DNA of 64,000 nucleotides. Origin: Camelus ferus. Taxonomy: Eukaryota. The position numbers and the translations under genes were made by a program. Each line of letters opens with the position of its first letter. Positions within the stretch are counted from its first letter, which is position 1. The DNA is taken from the NCBI RefSeq assembly GCF_009834535.1, contig NC_045697.1, forward strand, positions 61,258,001 through 61,322,000, given 5' to 3'. Positions 37,717 to 51,367 of the stretch are shown one piece after another. The notes below the pieces were generated by a model. That model did no database searches and was not told the origin of the DNA. It saw nothing but the letters and a program-made list of their open reading frames with translations.

Positions 37717-39859
37717 GTTGGCTGTGGGATGTGAAAGAAGAGAAATCAAGGATAAATGCAAGACATCAAATACTGTGCTAGATGGTAGGGCTCAAATGGT
37801 AAACAGTAGCAAAAATAAAATGGCCTCGATTTAAGTAGACTATGGTCTAAGAGAACTCTCACTAAAAGGTATTCTTCATAGTTAACTCAGCACATGGTCC
37901 TGTTGTTACAATACAGGAATTGCTCCGTAAGTTTTAATGAAAGAAATGAATAAATTAATCAAGCCCCTATATTGCTAAGTATGTAGACTTTCCAGAATAA
38001 TTATTTGATTTTTTGAACTTTCATCCTCCTCTTCAGAAGATAGTTTGAAGTTATACATTTTTATTCACATAATGATATAAATTAATTAGAGCTAAATAAG
38101 ACTAAATTGAGTTTATAGATACAATACCATAAATATTCATCCCTCCAATTTCAATATTTCTCATGTCTCCCTTCTTCATTTTTATGAGATGCTGTAATGT
38201 CTCTTTGCTATGGATAATATGCTAAGCCAAAAACTATTAATGTGTATTTGTTTTGTGTTCAGTTCTTTTGTTCAAATTTTCAATATATTTCTGATATTAT
38301 GTTTATATATCATCATTCCAATGTTCCTATCTTACAGTCCCAAAGCACCAAATAAACCAATATTTTGCTTGATATTTAATTGATAATCTAGTTAGTTAAT
38401 TTCATCTATAGAGAAGATGTTCCTCAAATTCATTTCTCACCCCACCAAAAGAAAACAAACAAACAAGCAAATGCAAAAGCGCCTTCCAGCAGTGCATCAT
38501 AACAAGGTAAGCTGTTCATGGTCAGTTTGATGCCAAGGCAGAGCTTAACTGTCTATTATCCCTTGTCTCTCCCCTTCACCCTCATAATAAACTTGAAATT
38601 GCACTTTTGTGATCTGAGTTTACCATAACATCCCTGCTTTAACCTTTTAAAAATTCCTTTGAAAACATCTCCAGAGAATGTTTTAAAGTAAGGAAATTTA
38701 GAAAAATATACATAATGTTATCAAGAACTTCAACTTGTAAAAAAAGCAAATATATTAACTGTTTCCAGATATTATGGACATTCTGTAGAAATACAGGGGC
38801 ACAGACTTCTATGAATTGTTTGCAAATTATTCCCAAAAGGGGTGAAATCACATTTCCCAAATATCAGACTAAAACTTCCACAAACAAGAAAAAAACACCT
38901 ACATATAAATCTAAATAAACTTGAATTTCATATATATAAGCACAAATAGGGCAAAGGTTTACTGTAATAGGCTTAAAACAATATTCAAGAAGAACGCTAA
39001 TTAAAATTCCTATAGTTTAATAATTATAAATTGTAGATGGTTCTACCTAATTATCACCATAGGGCACTTTCCAAACTATGTTCTTATCTCTACCATTTTC
39101 TACCCTAGTATTAACAAAACTTCTTGCCTTTCTAGTGATACTGGCAACAACTTTCTCTACCTCCCCTTCTGACTCTTCAGCAATAAGACTAATAAGAGTA
39201 AATTCCTTTTCTGTATTAAAATACGACCTTAAAGAGTGAAGGGAAAGTGGGGGAGGGTACATGGGGGGAGGGGCAGGTCATGCCAGCACAAAAACGGACA
39301 TGAGTCTGTGCACATGCATATACACACGCATGTGAATAGATATTTATTTTAAACTTTTATTTGTGCGTTTAAACCCATCATTTGTTGCAAACTGTTTGAC
39401 TGTGAAGCTTTTATAATATTTTGTTTTATTTTTAGAAACAGTTCTTTCATTTGGGGACAACTGTACAAAGTGTTAAGAAAAATGCAATGCTGATTTGGCA
39501 CAGAAAAAAATATGATCTTTATATAGCTTGTGCAGTGTGCTATTATAAATATCTCTTTTCAGGTCTTTCTACTTAGCTAATTTGTAAAACTGTGCTTTAT
39601 TTTTTCTTGGTCATTTTAACAAATGTTCACTAACTGCCTACCTCTGTATTTCATTAAATCTAGCAAGTCATCAATGGTAAATTATACTATATTATTTTAT
39701 GCACATATAAGAAAAATAATCTATTCAATTGATCTATGATCTGCTATCAATAGTAAATTACATCCTGTTTATAAAGATATTTTAAAAGTTTTAAAATGTA
39801 CACTTCAGACTAAATGAAATCTAGTACATACAAGAGATTATTTTAGATGTCCAGTATAT

Positions 39860-40944
39860 AATCAGTGGAAGAAAAAAATATTAAAGTCCTTGCCCTCACA
39901 GGGAGTACATTTCAGAAAGAAAAACAAACTGTAATAGACAACACAAATATATGAATGAATTATCTTAGATGTTTATAAATGCCATAAAAATAGAAAAGAC
40001 GAGTGCATTAACCATTTAGTAGAGTTGCTGAATAGGGTGGAATCATTTAGGTGATAACATCTAAACAAAGACTAAAAGAAGTGAGTGATTTTTCCATGTG
40101 GATTTTTGTGATGATCACTCCAGGCAAAATGAAGAGCTAGTGCAAATGTCCTGTGGCAGGAATGTCCTGGCTAGAATGAGGAAAAGCAGGGAAAGGGATA
40201 TAACCGGAGAAGTGTGAGCAAGAGAAAAGCAAAAGGGAATGAGGTGATAAAGATAAGAGGGAGTTGGATCACTTGGAACCTTGTGGGCCATCAAAAGGAC
40301 TTTAGCCATACATTGAGTAAAATGGAAATCTTCTGTAGTGTTTAGAACTGAATAACTTGATCTGGTCCCTGTTCTAACAAGATAATTCTTGCTGCAAATA
40401 AAAACTGTTAACTGTGCTTCAGGTATGAATAGTGTTGAGAAGAAATCTGACTTTGGATATACTCTGAAAGTAAAGCTAACATAGTTTCTTAACAGATTGG
40501 ATGCAGAGCTATAGAAATAGAGAAGAGTCAAAGAATGTTCCAAACATTTTGGCCTGAGTAACTAAAAAGGTGCAGTGTCCTCAACTGAAATGAGAAGGCC
40601 ATAGGTAAAGAGACTTTTGGGAAGCCAAGAGTTCAATTTTGGACATATTGATTCATGGTGTCTTATAGATTCCAAATGGAGATATTGAGTAGGTGGTTGG
40701 ACATATGAGTATAGAATTTAGGAAAGTGTTCGAGGGTTAGAGATACAACTGTGGCAGTCACTAGTGTGCAAATAGTCTTCAGTCATGACACTGGGTGGTG
40801 CATCATGAAGAGAAAGAGTATGGACAGATAAGAATAGGGAGCCAAAGCCTGAGAACTTGAAGATGCCAACATCAAGAGTTCAAGGAGAAGAGGAGAAACC
40901 AGCAAAGAAATCGAAGAATTGTTCAGTAAAGTAAGTGGAGAATC
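39860..40944 (-). mobile_element. L2 (L2a-like), about 1.1 kb
   Basis: 'gtccttgccctcac', 'gtgcaaatgtcctgtggcagga', 'caagagttcaattttggacatattga', 'aaatggagatattgagtaggtggttgga'. Confidence 0.8.
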
Positions 40945-40959
40945 AAAAGTGCAAGTGTT

Positions 40960-41143
40960 TCCAAGGGGGAAGGGGGTGGGAAGGGACAGACTGGGAGTTC
41001 AAAATTTGTAGATACTGACAGCCATGTGCAGAGTAGATAAACAAGATTATACAGTGTAGCACAGGGAAATATATACAAGATCTTGTGGTAGCGAAAACAA
41101 AATGTGACAATGAATATATGCATGTTCATGTATAACTGAAAAA
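40960..41143 (+). mobile_element. Young L1 3'-UTR fragment (camelid-like) with perfect 15-bp TSD
   Basis: 'gggaagggacagactgggagttcaaaatttgtagatactg...tagcacagggaaatatatacaagatcttgt'; TSD aaaagtgcaagtgtt at 40945-40959 and 41144-41158. Confidence 0.9.
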
Positions 41144-44100
41144 AAAAGTGCAAGTGTTGTGAAATCAGATTTAACCTCGGTAAGCTACGCAGTCTAGAGT
41201 AAGTGCTCAATAATTGTTAAATGAGTAAATTGTCTTTTACCCATTGCCTATTTTATGGCTCGTGTACACCTATTCTCTCAGCCAACTACAATAGAGTGAT
41301 GATATCTGTTTTTCTGCTATACATTCCTCTACCTCTAAAATACAGAATTCAGATAAAAGATCCCTAGCAAGCTCTTCACAGTAATCAAGGGGTATGAGAG
41401 GGTGCATTGTACATAAATTCATAAAGGACAGATCAGGGAAGAGAGGGGATAGGAAACTCTTTCTGTCAAATGGTGATATTTATGGTCAGTTCTGTTAAAT
41501 TTTTCTGGGTGACAAAGTTGACAGTAATGCTCAAAATGATGTTTGCAGATTATAAATAGATTTAAATTCTTTTCTTATTTCCTTTCATATTTGTCTTTTC
41601 GTAACGAGAACAGAAATGCATTCATCCAAGCAAAATAGTAACCATCATAATTGCTTGTAGGTGTTTTTTGCTTTTGGTCATATAAATTCTAGTTCTAGTT
41701 AGGTTCATGAAGAAGAATTCAAGCAGACTGGCTGAACATTTACCACCCTGATGAAAAATGGTGTTCTAGGGAAAAAATGGTGTTTTAGGTACAGCATTTC
41801 AATTTTGGTGCTGTGGATAAAAATGTAATAAATCAAATATTTATATGCTGTTCATTTCTGACAAAGCCTGTTCAGGAGGGACACAAAAAACACTTATTTT
41901 AGGAGGAACAAAAGCCTAGATAAAAATCCCTATCATATAATTGACTGCAGTTTAGAGTTTACTACTGCTATTAATGGGCATCCTCTATTAGATGGTATAC
42001 TGAGATAGTATTAGACAGGTGACAGGAAGAGAAGGATTTATGAAATAAACCAAGGAGAGATAACACTGAGGTTACATGGAGACATATAAGTCAGAGAAAT
42101 TGAGGAGTAGATAGAAATAGCATTACAAAATACATCAAGGTCAAGCAACTCATACGGTAGAATTGAGTGAATCAAGTCTGATCTAACACTGTCAGACTAT
42201 TCTGGAGACTACTGCAGTGACAGACAAGTCAGAACAAACCATTCAAAATATATCACTGTGTTTGTCTTATAAAATAATAAATTATATATGTGTGTGTGAG
42301 TGTGGTGTTTGTGTGTTTTACATATATATGATGTAATATAATTAAAATGATTTCAACTGAAAGGCTAGAAAATTCAGAGTAATTGCAATGAATAAAACAG
42401 TAAAAGGATAGTTACTCAATTTAGGACAAAATTTTAATATTCTTTTATATTAGTAAGTAATTACAGAGAGTTACAGAGTTGGGGTCAAATAATTCAAAAT
42501 AATTCAAAGATTTGTTTATAATAATCTTAATAGTTGTCACATCTTCCATCTTCCTGTCCCTTCTATCTATCTAATGAATTCATTCCACATAAAATATGGC
42601 TTTAATTATGTTATCTTTTTTGCTATAACTGCTATTCAGAATTATTTAATAACTCCACACAAAGAAGTAAATCACAAACACTTGGACATGGCATCAAAAG
42701 CTGACACTGCCTGTCTCCATTCTACAGATGAATCACTTATTATTTCTCAGTAAGACTCCTTGGATCTGGTAGATGGTTGGAGCTGCTTTTCTAGTTACAG
42801 CCTCTTGGTTTTCTTATCCCTTAATCTTCTCTTCAACTGTCTTGGCCTCCACTCCCCACACTCCACCACTGTTGCCTTATTTCACCTCATTCCAATTCGA
42901 GTCCCACCTCCGTCTAATGACTTTCCTATTTACTTTAACCCCGAAGCAAAATCTTATCTCCTATAATTGGATGCCACTTTTTTCTTGGAAAATAATGGTT
43001 CCTGTGACAACCACAAAACCTAAATGTTGTTAGAATGTGAGGAATGTGATGAATAATGATGAATTCATTTCTTTGATGCTAAGAAACCTGACTTGATGTC
43101 TCACAGTAGATGTCTCATAGCCAAAAATATTAGCATACATATTTAGCCAATCATTTGATTAAAATGGGGGATGAAAAAACCCTACAACTACCTTAAGCAT
43201 TTTATTTTAACATAAAGTGTAAAATGCACATCCACTCACCCATTATTTTTCATGTAGGAGCAAAATCTTTTATTTAAATGTTTAAAGTTCTGCACTGCCT
43301 TCCTTGCATAAACTACTGTCTCATGTGTGAATTTCAGCTTGAGTTTCTTCAAAGTGAGTGGGAACTTAAGACAGTTGCCAAGCAATGTGATATAGAAGAT
43401 CTCCAGATTTTTTTTTCTTGCAATTTTTTTCAGTCTTCTGCCTATGCATCATTCAGCAGATTTTCTTTTCCTTTTATCTTCAAGTCTATCCTAAGCATTC
43501 AAGTCCGTTTTCATACAAGCATCAACACTTCATCTTAACAAGCATACTTAAAGTTTATAATTGCAACAACAATATTAACTGGAATAAATAGATTTAGGAA
43601 TGACCACAAGTGATTCTTGATAAAGACTGAACTACAAACACACAAGCTTTTCAGCCAGGACTTCAGTTTGCAATGGGCACCCATCAGCATAATTAACAGA
43701 GTTGATTAGCTAAAGATCAGTTAGGTTTTTTAAAATTATAAAACAAATGCTCAACAAATATGAATTGAGCGACCATAAACTCAACACTGTGACTGTAAGT
43801 CAGCAGTTGTCAGAGTGAAGAGCATGTGGAAGGCAGAGATACAGGGATGAGTGAACAAGAGCCCCAGCACCAAAGACATTACAATTTCTCCGGTGCTTTA
43901 TGAGAACTTGAAAAATTGCACAGAAGTAAAGCACAGTCTCTGGCCTTAAGGCACATGGAAACCACACAAATGGCTTGAAGCTGAGGTAAGTGCTCCAAGA
44001 CTGCCTCCAAGCCTCTCCGGAGGACAAGCCAGTCCACTCTGTTTGTTCCTTCTGGCTTCCGACCAGGTGCTCTTGCCCATGCTGACTCCCTGGTCCATGT

Positions 44101-44653
44101 CTGCTGCCTGCCCTCGCAAGGTCTGACCAACAGGAGCACCTAGGAGTTACTGCAGGGGCTCTTACCCCAACTCCTGGGGTACGAGCAACAGGAGTTGTCT
44201 ACGACCACCACTACAGTGACTCTGATCCTAAAACAAGTTACATAGACATGGGGACAATAATCTTAAGTATTTTCCCAGTTTTAAGATTCCTCACAGGCTG
44301 ACAAGTCCAGTAGGGAGACACACAGGCATGAAGCCACGTGGACTGCTGCTAGTGCCATCTCTCAGGGTGGAATTAGCTGCCAGACCATCAGTGATTCTCC
44401 CCCAGTTATACTTGACTTCGTGTGAGTGTAAGTTTCCTTTTGTTCTCATCATCAGACCACTGGTGTGGGGAGGAAGGTTCATCACTTGAACAGGGACTTC
44501 AGCCTGTTCACTTCTGCCACACTGGAAGCTCTACTGCATTTGATCCAGCCCAACTGTCCCTAAAGCTCAGTGGATTTTTGTGGTCTAATTTCCACAAAGT
44601 GTCAGATCTCTGATTTGTGAATTCACTGACTTTATATTTACTGTTTCTATTAA

Positions 44654-45103
44654 TGCAATGATTAATTTTATGAGTTAACTTGACTGGGCCACTAAATATC
44701 TGGGCTCAGATATTTAGTCAAACATTATACCAAGGGTTTCAGTGAGGGTAGTTCTAGATGAGGTTAACATTAAAATCAGCAGACTGCCTTCCATAACATG
44801 GATGGGCCTCATCCAATCAGTTGAAGGCAATGAATAGAACAAAAAGGCCGATCCTCCCCTGAGTAAATAAGATTCCTTCCTGCCTGAGAGTCTTCAAACC
44901 AGGACATTGACTTTTTTCCTGCTTTAAGCACTGAACTGAAATAGCAGTTCTTCCTGGGTCTCAAGTCTGTCTGCTGGCCCTTGCACTGGAACTACACCAT
45001 CTCTCTCCTGGGTTTCCAGCTTGCCAACTGAACCTGCAAATCTTGGGACTTGCCAGCCTCCATAATTGTGTGAGCTATTTCTCAGGAGAAGCCTGACTAA
45101 TAA
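44654..45103 (+). mobile_element. ERVL solo LTR (MLT2B-like)
   Basis: 'ttaattttatgagttaacttgactgggcca', 'gatgggcctcatccaatcagttgaaggc', 'gccagcctccataattgtgtgagc', 'ggagaagcctgactaata'; TSD attaa/actaa. Confidence 0.9.
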
Positions 45104-46589
45104 ACTAAGAAGCATTTTTTATATTTTCCTTTTCAAAGGCAGTATCTTCTCCCTCTAAATTCTTGCTCTGATTAATTCTGCTGCACCTATAAGCTATCTG
45201 CTCCTTTTTGTCTTAGCCTCCTCTTCAGACCAGTGTCTGGGTTGGACGGACTGCTTCACTTTGGATTTCTTTTTACCCCAGTCATGACTCTCCAAATGCT
45301 TACCTCAACTGCAAGCACAGAAATTCATAAGCAGTTCTCATTCTGCCCAGGTGCTTAGTTTAGGTTGCCAGATCAACACATCCCAGCCTTTATAAGTACC
45401 CAAGCTCCTACTTACTTTATTTAGAAAGTATCACATATGACTTAGTAGAAAAAGAAATTAAAGAGATATTTATTTTGGGAACATTCTCCTACAGAAACAC
45501 ACACACACAAAACTTTGTAATGATTCAACATCAAGTTAGCAACGGGTCTAAAATATCATACATGACTATTATAATTTGTAAAACTTATGAGTGATCTTGT
45601 TAAACCAAGTCACTTTTGGAATTATTTAGAATGTTTAGAAATTAAAAAAAAATGAAAAACAAAAACTCAGCATTTTATGCAACCACAGATGGTATGAGAA
45701 GAGACGGCTTTTATTCTTTAAAAAAGTGACAATCTACCTATTAAAAAACCCTAAAGTAGTCACTTGACCACTTTTTCTGGGAATGTTGGGACATCCTTCA
45801 TTAGATGGAAGGCACATTGTCTGACCCCAAAAGTCAAAGCAAATGAGAACCAAAACCTTAGTACCTCACTAAAGTGATGCTATGAGCAGCGGCTAATTAG
45901 GAATATAGACGTCCTGACAAACCGGGCAGTAATGACAACAAGCATGCAAACTTCTGGAAAATGCTGGAGTTTCTTGCACAGAGAGTTACCGTCTCTAACT
46001 ACAATAAAATTTATTTTTGTATGTCATGTATATTGATCCATCTTAAAGTCCCAACTATAAATAAAAGAAAAACAAGGTTTAAAAGTCCTGCACCCTTGGA
46101 TACACTGCAGTTCAGTATCTGTCACCTACTTCTATATGGGTCTTGAGTGTTTTTTGGTCTCCTGTGTACATGTGAATCATCAAGAAGATTCACAAGTCAC
46201 AACTCCATATTCCTGGCACCTCTAACTTCGTCTTAGAGGAGGAAGTGAAACATCAAAAGGCTCAATTTGATTAGCAATGAATGAATCTGCCATACCTTCT
46301 GTTCTCTTCATGAAGTGAGAAAGTTTTCCAGCATCAGTGAGACATGGAGTACATTGCAGGAAAAGACAAAGATTATATTATGGGGAAATAAGGCAGTATT
46401 TCCAGCATGTATAATTAAAGGCAGATGAATTTAACATTTCATAGAATAAAACATGAGAATACAGCTGCTGAGAAACAGGAATGGTATCTCATAAATATAG
46501 GGTTTATCTGAAATACCCCAAATCCATTCAAATATATACTCTAATTTCTTATATCAGCAGAACATATTATGAGCAGGATCTTGCATCAT

Positions 46590-47540
46590 CTTCAATGTAA
46601 GATTCAAGAAATATTCACTGAAAGTCTACTATATGCTAGGTACTGTATTAAGCACTGAATTTTAAAATTATTATTATTGAAGTATAGTTGATTTACAATG
46701 TTGTGTTAATTTCAGGTGTACAGCAAAGTGATTCAATTGTACATATACATATTCTTTTTCAGATTCTTTTCTATTATAGGTTATTATAAGATGTGAATAT
46801 AGTTCCCTGTGCTATACAGTAGGTCCTTGTTGTTTATCCATTTTATATATAGTAGTGTGTATATGTTAATCTCAAACTCCTAATTTATCCTTCCACTTTC
46901 CCCTTTGGTAACCATAGTTTGTTTTCTATGTCTGTGAGTCTATTTCTAGTTTGCAAATAAGTTCATTTGTATCATTTTTTTTAGCACTCTGTGTTAATGG
47001 ATATATTGAATACAGTTCTAATCTTCATAAAGCTAAGAGCCTACAGGAGAGAGGTCAGAAAATTTAATATTATATACTGTAATATGCTCAAGTACAAGGT
47101 ATTCAAGGTGCTGTAGGAGCAATGAGATTGAAACATTCACCTTGCTGTACCGATGATCACATCCCAGAGCCTAGAAGGAGCAGTAGGAATTTCCCAGGAA
47201 AAGAAAATCAAGGAAAGCATTTCAGGCAGAAAGGATATTGTTTTAAGTATGCTTGAGGGTGTTTAACACTGTGTCCTACATGGGTAAATACAAATAGTTC
47301 AGTGTGGACAGACTGACAGACATGATTTACAAAGATTGGGGGAGGACATAAGAAAATAGAAGTCAGATGTGTAGAGCTTTGCACTTCATGGTAAGGGATC
47401 TGGCTTTTTCTTAGATGTGTTATTTGAAGAATTTTAAGCAAAGGAGTCATAATGTAAATCAGATTTATGTTTTACACTGGCTATGACACTAGCTGTAATG
47501 TGGAGAATGTATAGAAGGAGATTTAAGTAGGAAACACCTG
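46590..47540 (-). mobile_element. L2 remnant interrupted by the L1 at 46660-46984
   Basis: 'attcaagaaatattcactgaaagtctactatatgctaggtactgtattaagcact', then 'gaagaattttaagcaaaggagtcat...atcagatttatgttt'. Confidence 0.65.
46660..46984 (-). mobile_element. L1 3' end (artiodactyl-type)
   Basis: 'attgaagtatagttgatttacaatgttgtgttaatttcaggtgtacagcaaagtgattca', 'gttccctgtgctatacagtaggtccttgttg'. Confidence 0.9.
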
Positions 47541-50500
47541 GGCTTGATCAAGTGACACTATGCATTCACCCACCCTTCTTTACCAACACATCTTTAATCC
47601 TTACCATTTGCCAGGCACTTTGCATATCCTACCTCATTAAATTCCCATAAGAGTTGTATGAGTTAATTACCTTAACCCACCCCTAGTAAGGAAACTGAAG
47701 TGTAGAAAGTTAAATGAGATGTTAAGAAAAACGTACAAGAGTAAAACAATTTTAACTTCTATTGTATTTTTTTTACTCTCCCACAAGAATCAAATAGAAA
47801 ATATTCATGGTTATTAGCTTTTATGTAAGCTGTTGTCTATAATTAATCCATTAGTGTAAGACCATGCTTATAAGGAAGAGCTTCTTGATTTTACTTGGTC
47901 CAAAGGAAATTTTTTTCTCTTTAAGCATATCTTACTTCAAATGATTTCAGACAAATTAATCTAGTGTTTGCATTTAAGCTATATACACATATGTAATTCA
48001 CATACATACAAATATATGTGTATTATATATATGTGCATATTATTTATACTAACATTACCTCCATTGCCATCAGTAGCTACCAGGCTAACCTTGTAATGTC
48101 TCACACCAGATAAAAATAACAAGGGTGAGAAAGACTTCAACAGGGGCATTCAACACTAGCTATTTTAATATGAGCCTAATAATCTTTTCCACCCTTCAGC
48201 ATGATTATTGTTCAATGTGAACAATATTTTTTAAAACTTCAGGTCATTAGAAACTAATTTTTATTTAAACTATATGAGTCACATTCTCATTCCTACATTA
48301 TAAAGCTGTTTCTGTCTTATTAAAATATCTGAATCAAAATGTTCTCTTTATTCCTACCATTTTTAAACAAAATTCTAATACTGCCTTAAAAGCTGATTTC
48401 ATAAAAAAAATTAACATGAAATTGCTAAGTAGTGCCCGAATTAACACAAATCAGAGTTCATTACATGGCATTAGCAGCTAATTTATTGAAATCATTAAGT
48501 CTGTGGTTAGAGAAAGCCATATGCCAACTCCAGAAATAACAAGCATTCAGAATCAGGGTCATTGCTTTTATATTTGCATATGTGATATATTAACTGATCT
48601 CATGTGCATATTAAAATTAAAACTGCATTTTTCTTCAACATTCTATAAAAAGTTTGGTTAGCATTATATTATTAAGGCAAATGTTTATTTCTAGATAATT
48701 TCTTCTGCACATGTAAATTGATTTATACAAATCATTATTAGTTGCATATTTCCTTACTTTCCTCACATATCAAGCATGTGTTTTTTTATTTAGAAATGTA
48801 TTATTTTATACTTTTCTGCTTCTATCTGTATCTTCTATGTAGAGACAACTGCAATAACTCAACAGTTAATTCTGAGATACTTAATTTACCTCAAGGTAGA
48901 AGGAAATAAATTATTAATAGTGGGATTAAAAATATCTTTTCCACTAAACTGACCTAAAATGAACAAATTAAAGAATGTATTTCTAAAGTTTTCCACAAGC
49001 ATTTTTAATAAAGTTGATTGCTGCTAATATTAAAAAGAAAGTTATAGCAGCATTATAATATAGGTTATTTGCTTATTGATTTCATTAATAATTTTACACA
49101 ATTTATTCAGTAGTATGTATGGCACCTACAATAAATATCTCACAAAATCTTGAAATCACAAATTACATACTGGACTTACTTTGACACTGTATTTGTAGAA
49201 AAAAGAAAAAAAGTAATTAAGGTAAACTGAAATGTCACCTTGTACTATACAGATTGCCAGAGTCCAATATATAATTCTCTGTCTCTTGTCTCTGGTCTCT
49301 GTTTCTCAGACACACACAAATACACACACACACACAACTGTTGTGATATTCCACAGGAATATGGATAGTAAACTTACATTAAATGAGTTTCACTATCTGT
49401 ATTTTGTGATACTGAATTAAACTGATGAGCTATGCAGTTGTTAAAATGTGAGGCTTTCTGATCTTACACATTTCAATGACAGGAAAGGGACAGGTACACC
49501 ATGATATGATACATCACTCTCTGAATCAAATTTCAGGGTAGCCTGTAGAAAACCAGTGTATAATTCCCCATTCCTAAAATAAACTAAAATTTTCTAACTT
49601 GAAAATTACACTAGTAAGGCTATTGCAGAATGTGTTATATTGTGTGTCTCTGTGTGTATCTGTCTGTTCTGGCGCTACTTCATATACAAATACATGAGAA
49701 ATTAGGGAAAAACTAATTAAAAAGTTAAAAAGTAAAGATATCCATTAACATGAAGAAATATTTCCCCTAATCATAGGAAATAAAACCTTGAAATAAACCT
49801 ATAGATTGGAGGCGGCAGTGGGGGGAATCTTCAGAAATTCAAGTTATTTTAGTAAAAAGCTGAAGAGATTGGGTACATTTTTTATTGAGCTTGAACTTAC
49901 AGATGAAAATTAATTATCAGACATCATCTTACAGAGAATAAATTCTCTTAAAATTACACAGACAGACAAACAATAGTAGATTGATAGATTTTTTTTTAAT
50001 GAAAAGGCAATCTTCTTAATTGTAGAAAGGCAGCCACATACATTGGAAAGCACACACAACTGTGTGTCAGGAAACCTGAATTCAAAGATTTATTATCTAG
50101 AGTATCAGCTTAGCATACAAATATGCAGTTGAAATGAACAGTTTCTAAGTTTCTCTTCAGTTCTCCTCAGTTTACTTGTGAATAAAGTCCACTGTACCCA
50201 CAAAGAGAAGGGAAAATTAATGACTGGAGTCTTAGGGGATCATATGAGATTCATAAACTTCAATTTGGATAAGCTACACAGTAGCCATTCTTTTCTCTCA
50301 CCTACCTTTTTGTTTTTTTCCTCCAATTTAGCCATTTGTTAATCTAGAAGGAGAAAGTGCTGTTCACTGATTGGACCACGTTACTAATAAGTAATCTTGT
50401 TCTTGGATGTGGCCTCTTTCTTCTGCTTATTCTTGTGTGTTAAGATGAGAAACAAGTCAGGGCCCCATTCAAGTTTTTCTCTTCTTTTTATTAAAGACCA

Positions 50501-50861
50501 CTCAAGTGCTTCGCAGATCTCACCATGTGGAATTTTGATGAAAATTCGATAATAAGATTGGAACTGCATAAAATTCAGTTCTTTATTAGTCTTTAGGTAA
50601 TGCCATGTACTGCAGTCTGTCTTTGACCATTAAACCCTTGTGATGGTCAACAGTGACCCTGCCAAAAAAAAAGTGTTAAACTATTTCCTACTTACTACAC
50701 TTCCTGATAAGTCAACATCCTCCAGATCCTTGTGGGTGAAAGACAATCAAGAAAAGATTCAAGAACATTTTGCTCCATAGTTATTTGCAATAGCTTTCTT
50801 AAAACAAAACAAAAAACAACATAAAAAACCCCACACCTCCTTTTAATTCATTACACAGCTG

Positions 50862-51367
50862 TGTAATTCTTGTTTTGTCTGATGAGCAGAATGTCTCCAT
50901 CTTCTTTTGTTGGTAGCCAACCCAGTCACCACTCCATGACCACAGATCTTGGCATGGAAACCAATGTGGTGCATTCAGTGCCCAGAGCCATATTTATTTG
51001 TTCATGGTTGGCACACATGGCAATGTAGGTCAGAGTTCTTCCCAAGAAGCAGGAGCTCTCCTCCAGGGTCACTAAAGAAGATAGATTTAACTCTGGGAAT
51101 TTTGGGTCACTAAATAAGACAGATATTCACTTTCTACACCAGAAAAGATTCTATCCAAGCAGAGAGATGAACATATGAGAGTCACTCTTAGAGAGTAAAT
51201 GTCTTGGAAACACTGGGTGACTTAGAATCCCCAGAAGCACCCTGGGGCCTGTACCTCATCTTTTGATTCAGTAAACTATATCAATATTCCTTTAGTACAT
51301 TCTCTTTTTGCTTAAATTAATTCAACTTGTGTTTTTAGCACTTGCATCCAAAAAAGTCCTATTATAT
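50862..51367 (+). mobile_element. Ancient MaLR LTR (MLT1J/K-like)
   Basis: The 3' end 'tttttgcttaaattaattcaacttgtgtttttagcacttgcatccaaaaaagtcct' is typical of old MLT1. Confidence 0.6.

Noticed and set aside
40115..40543. 142-aa ORF, and the 158-aa ORF at 52184..52660
   Set aside because: Both have non-ATG starts and no recognisable protein family; the first lies in an L2 remnant and the second adjoins old L1-like sequence.
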